DNA from: Azolla caroliniana | Taxonomy: Eukaryota > Plantae > Polypodiophyta | NCBI GenBank assembly: GCA_043228905.1 | Contig: JBHGNT010000003.1 | Span: 12,834,001-12,898,000, forward strand | Length of the DNA stretch: 64,000 bases | Direction: 5' to 3' | Shown here: one piece after another, positions 59,279 to 64,000 of the stretch | Layout of the letters: each line of letters begins with the position of its first letter | Position numbering within the stretch: the first letter of the stretch is position 1 | The notes under the pieces: model-generated | Database searches by the model: none | What the model was told of the DNA's origin: nothing | Seen by the model: only the letters and a program-made list of their open reading frames with translations | Made by a program: the position numbers and the translations under genes

Positions 59279-59533
59279 GATACGCTGATAGAAGACGCGA
59301 CAATTATGACCGAGAGGAGAGACGCAGAGATAGCTACCCCCGGGACCGGTACGACAGAGACGAATCCCCGGAAGAAGACAGACGCGGAGAAGAGAGGCGA
59401 CAAGGATACGCTGATAGAAGACGCGACAACTATGACCGAGAGGAGAGACGCAAAGATAGCTACCCCCGGGACCGGTACGACCGAGACGGAGCCCCGGAAT
59501 ACGACCGACGCGGAGAAGAGAGGCGACAAGGGA
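59279..59533 (+). repeat. 126-bp in-frame tandem repeat (R/D/E-rich) in I gag
   Basis: gatacgctgatagaagacgcgacaa... at 59279 and 59405. Confidence 0.88.
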
Positions 59534-62500
59534 ACCGAAATTTCCGACGGAATCAGAAGCGTGGATTTTTCCGAAGAGAGGAACATCGGGAGGCAGCAAG
59601 GAATGACAACCCGGTATCCGTACCGGATAACCGAAAAACCGAAGACGACCGCTGGAGCATACCCACCCTCCAAACCGGGGACAAAGGAGAAACGAGCAAC
59701 AGTCACAAGGTGTACTGTTATTACTGCCGCAAGGAAGGCCACTATAGTAACCAATGCCCAAGCAAAACCTATGACAAGCAGCCGGAAGTCAACATGGTTA
59801 CAGCCGAAATAACAGAAGTACAGTAGGTCACAACCCGGTCAAAGGGAAAGACCGCCGAGTGGGAAGCCCAGGAGGCAATCAGAAAACAAGCGACACAATG
59901 GATCAAGGAGGCCAATGAACAGAATGCGGCAGAAGTAAGAGACCAAAATATGCCAAAAGATGAAGAAATCATACAGCCAGGAGAAAACCCGACGTGGCAA
60001 GCGCTACAGGACTGTCAAATCGTGCTGCCGTTAGCACGACTACTACAGTTAGTGCCACGATTTACGGCAGACCTACAGGCATCCGTCAGCAAACCGAAGC
60101 CGACGCCAGCACCGGCATTCTTCTCCAACCCGGAGGAAGGACCAGCGGTGGTCGATACAAGTAGCCCGGCGATCACGACAATCGTGAAAGGAAAGGAAAT
60201 TGCTGGAACGATTATGACGGAGGCTCCGGGGTAAATGTCATCAGCCAACAGACATGCAACGACCTGGGCATCCGGGAATGGGAACCATGCCCCTTCTGGT
60301 TACGCATGGCGGATACTAGCTCAGTCCGACCGACCGGGCTTATCCGGGATTTGGAAATCACGATCGGAGGCCACGTATTCCGGATATCGACCGTAGTGTT
60401 GCAGCTGAATGTACAAGGCGCGTACCCCCTACTGCTAGGACGACCATGGCTGCGAACGGCGCATATCAAGCAGAACTGGCAAAAGAACATGATCACATTC
60501 CGGCGAGGGAAAACAAAGGTACGAGTAACGACGCAACCACGGGTGATCACCAGTAAGGAAGCAACTCCATTGTATGCGGAAAGCATTAACATGTTGGAGG
60601 GATTACCGGACGAGGAAGTCGAGCGGTACCTCGAGGAACACCCACGAATCGTCCCACTATTTGAGGTGTATATCACGGCGGCAGTAGAACCGTACATTAC
60701 GACGCCGGAAGAACTGAACCAAGCGGCGATCCGGGAACTACGACAAGCGCAGGAATCCCTAGAGAGGGAAATGACGATATCCCAGAGGGTAAAAGCATCC
60801 CAACTCGAGGAGGTGGACCTCGGCACAGCAAACAAGCCCCGACCGGTAAATGTTGCAAAGGAATTGCCGAAGGAAGAAAAGAAGGCAATGGTAGCATTGT
60901 TAACAGACTTCAAGGATGTGTTCGCGTGGTCGTACGAAGACATGCGAGGGCTGGACCCCCAACTCTATCAGCACCAAATTCACCTAAGTACGGACACGAA
61001 ACCGATTGCTCAACGCAGATACCGGATGAATCCGAATTATGCGGCAAAGGTGAAGGAGGAAATTGATAAGCTCCTCCGGGTCGGATTTATCCGACCGGTC
61101 AAGCAGGCAACCTGGCTGAGTCCGATAGTGGTGGTCCCGAAAAAGAACGGAAAAATCCGGGTATGCGTGGACTACCGAAAACTAAATGCCGCAACAGTGA
61201 CCGATGCGCTTCCACTACCATTTACGGACGGGGTGTTAGATGCGGTAGCCGGGCACGAAGTTTACAGCTTCCTGGATGGATTTAGCGGCTACAAGCAAAT
61301 ACGAATGATCCCGTCCGACCAAGAGAAGACAGCGTTCGTGACGGAATGGGGAGTGTTCATCGCGGTCGTGATGATGTTCGGACTAAAAACGGCTCCAGCG
61401 ACCTTTCAAAGGATAATAATGGAAATTTTCGGGGAATATATCCCCGGTTTTATGCAGGTCTTCCTTGACGATTTCGCGGTCTACAGCCGGCACGGAGAGC
61501 ATCTCGATCACCTCCGACTGTGCTTGGAGAAGTGCCGCGAGTACCGATTGAGCCTGAATCCGGCCAAGTGCGTCTTTGGAGTGGCAAGCGACAACTTGCT
61601 AGGGCACGTGGTGAGTAAGGAAGGAATTGCGGTAGATCCGGATAAAGTCAAGGCGATTCTCGATGCACCAGCACCAAGTAACGCAAAGGCTTTAAGCCGG
61701 TTCCTGGGCCAAATAAGGTGGCATAGCCGGATGATACGGCACCTCGCGGACTTTGCTACACCGTTACATACCGCCGTACATAGGGTACCCTTCCTATGGG
61801 CAGAGACGGAGGAGGAAGCCTACAAAGCGTTGAAGGTAATGCTGTCGCAAGCTCCGGTGGTGCAACCGCCGGATTGGAGTAAAAGCTTTCACTTCTTCGT
61901 CGACGCGTCGAACGTAGCAATCGGCACCGTTCTGATGCAACTCACAGAGCCGAAATGGTACCGACCGGTGTACTACGCAAGCCGGAAACTCTCAAAAGCC
62001 GAACAGAATTACTCTACGACGGAACGCGAGGCATTGGGAATGGTGTATAGTGTCACAAAGTACAGGCACTATCTGCTCGGAAGGAAGTTTTCCTTCCATG
62101 TCGACCATTCGGCACTACTCTACCTGGTCTCGAAGGCATCCCTGACGGGAAAAATTGCACGGTGGACACTGCTACTACAGGAATTTGAATTCGACATTTT
62201 CCACCGACCCGGGGCGTAGCATGCGGTAGCGGACTATCTAAGCAGACTTGAATCCGGAGAAGCAGGGGACGGCGTCCAGGATGAGTTTCCCGACGCCGAA
62301 TTGTTCCGGATCACGACGAAACCGGCAACGGATACAACGGTAGCCGACGAAGACACATGGCTAACTGAGATGCACCAGTTCCTGAGCACCGGAGTTCCCC
62401 CGGACAACATGGACTGCGATGAAAGGAAAAGGGTAGCAGTAAGAAGTAGACATTTCTGCTTGGTTGGGGACACCCTCTATCACAAGGGGGCAGATGGCAT

Positions 62501-63654
62501 CTGGAGACGAGCAGTGCGGAGCGATGAGAAGGATCTAATCCTCAGGGAAGCCCACTGTGGAATTGCTGGCGGGCATTATGCCGGCGACGCAACCGCTAGG
62601 AAAATATGGCAGAGCGGACTGTGGTGGCCGACTACCCTAAAAGATGCCGTGAAGTATAGCAGAGAATGCGATTTGTGTCAACGACTGGGCCAACCCACAG
62701 AGCAGGCCCAGATGCCACACCACCCGGTCTTGCCCTTAGAACCATTTCAAAAGTGGGGGTTGGACTTTGTCGGTCCCTTCAAACCACCGGCAATGCGAAC
62801 CGGAAATCGGTATGTCATAGTGGCGACCGACTATTGCACCAAATGGGTAGAAGCAAAGTCCTTACGGGACAACACGGTCGCTTCCACGGCAAAGTTTCTG
62901 TACGAATGCATATGGTGCCGGTATGGATGCCCGATCGAGCTTATAAGTGACCAAGGAGGACATTTTCCCGGGCAGGTAGTAGAAAGCCTGACGTCATTTT
63001 ACGCGGTGGTACATAAAAAGAGTACACCCTACTACCCTCAAGCCAATGGACTAGCGGAATCAACGAACAAAACTCTGCAGAACATCCTACGAAAAATCGT
63101 CAACGAGAACCGGACCGACTGGGATACGAAATTGCAAAGCGCGCTATGGGCGTACCGAACAACGTACAAAACCAGCATCCGGACAACCCCGTTCCGACTA
63201 GCATTCGGGTTAGAAGCGGTCATGCCGGTAGAGTTCCAGATCCCCAGCTTACGGATTCAGGTAAAGGAGCGCTTAAGTGAGAACGAGTCCGAACGAATCC
63301 GACTGGCAACGCTTTTGGAATTAGAGGAAAACCGAATAGCCAGCTTACTACAACTCGAACTGGAGCAAAGGAGGAGAAAAGCCTTCGTGGACTGACACCG
63401 GCGTGGCAATGAAAAGGAGTTCGAAGTCGGGAAACCGGTGCTACTATTCCAGACAAGGATGGGGAACATGCCGGGAAAGTTGCGGTTTCGATGGACCGGA
63501 CCGTTCTGGATCACCAAGGAGTACAATGGGTCGTATTAGCTCGGCACGTTGTCTGGAGATGTCATCGGCAAGTGGGCAAATGGATTTCGGCTAAAGCCGT
63601 ATAAAGGAAATATGCCAGCCAACCCGTTGAAGCGAAACCCGAAAATCCGGCAAG

Positions 63655-63800
63655 ATGAGGAACCGACACCGACAAACGCTGCTCGGACCGAGGAAGAACC
63701 GACACCGACAGACGCTGCTGAAGACATTCGGACCGAGGAAGAACCGACACCGACAAACGCTGCTGAAGACATTCGGACAGAGAAAGAACCGACACCAATA
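63655..63800 (+). repeat. 33-42-bp tandem repeat in integrase tail
   Basis: gaaccgacaccgaca.acgctgct x4 (EEPTPTNAAEDIRT). Confidence 0.88.
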
Positions 63801-63899
63801 CTGATGAGGACCATCCCGGAAAACCGACAGAAGGATCCGGTATCCACACGAACCGACCCGAACAAATCGGGGGGGACCAGCAAATGACGTGGTCCAAGC

Positions 63900-63901
63900 A
63901 A

Positions 63902-63940
<39 letters not shown>

Positions 63941-63956
63941 AAATAAAAATAAAAAA
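63900..63956. repeat. (AAAT)n microsatellite
   Basis: Directly visible. Confidence 0.95.
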
Positions 63957-64000
63957 TGACGTGGGCAGAATCGACGCGAATCATCGTAATGATGGGGAGA

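Larger units (their letters stand above)
57850..63887 (+). pseudogene. Gypsy I gag-pol (few stops, one frameshift near 60212)
   Basis: ORFs 57850-59184, 59950-60234, 60306-62219, 62301-63395, 63549-63887 with gag, PR, RT, RNase H, IN motifs. Confidence 0.94.
56124..64000 (+). mobile_element. Non-chromovirus Gypsy element I (family D), runs off window
   Basis: 5' LTR 56124-56509 (TGTTG...CAACA), PBS-like tggcaaccatgat 56516, gag-pol collinear with D. Confidence 0.92.

Overview
No host gene is supportable. The window is a dense nest of decayed and near-intact LTR retrotransposons from a plant genome, probably a bryophyte (moss-like; inference). I resolve four Ty1/Copia bodies (A +, B -, C -, G split) plus Copia fragments, three chromovirus-type Ty3/Gypsy remnants, three non-chromovirus Gypsy elements with a large extra 3' ORF or belonging to that family (D +, H -, I +), and two members of an unusual fungal-like Gypsy family (E -, J -). 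LTR pairs, PBS/PPT motifs and target-site duplications (TSDs) imply up to six nesting levels (H>E>G>F>D>J). Most notable: (1) tRNA-like A-box/B-box cassettes lie antisense inside the LTRs of four Gypsy LTR types; (2) element J has a -1 frameshift signal (G GAT TTT TAG plus a predicted H-type pseudoknot) between protease and RT; (3) E and J both show the same 4-bp A(C/T)GC TSD; (4) D and H share a conserved ~900-aa extra ORF; (5) Copia family A/G has a doubled PPT with an acidic Pol extension. All calls were made by eye without database searches, so family names are tentative.
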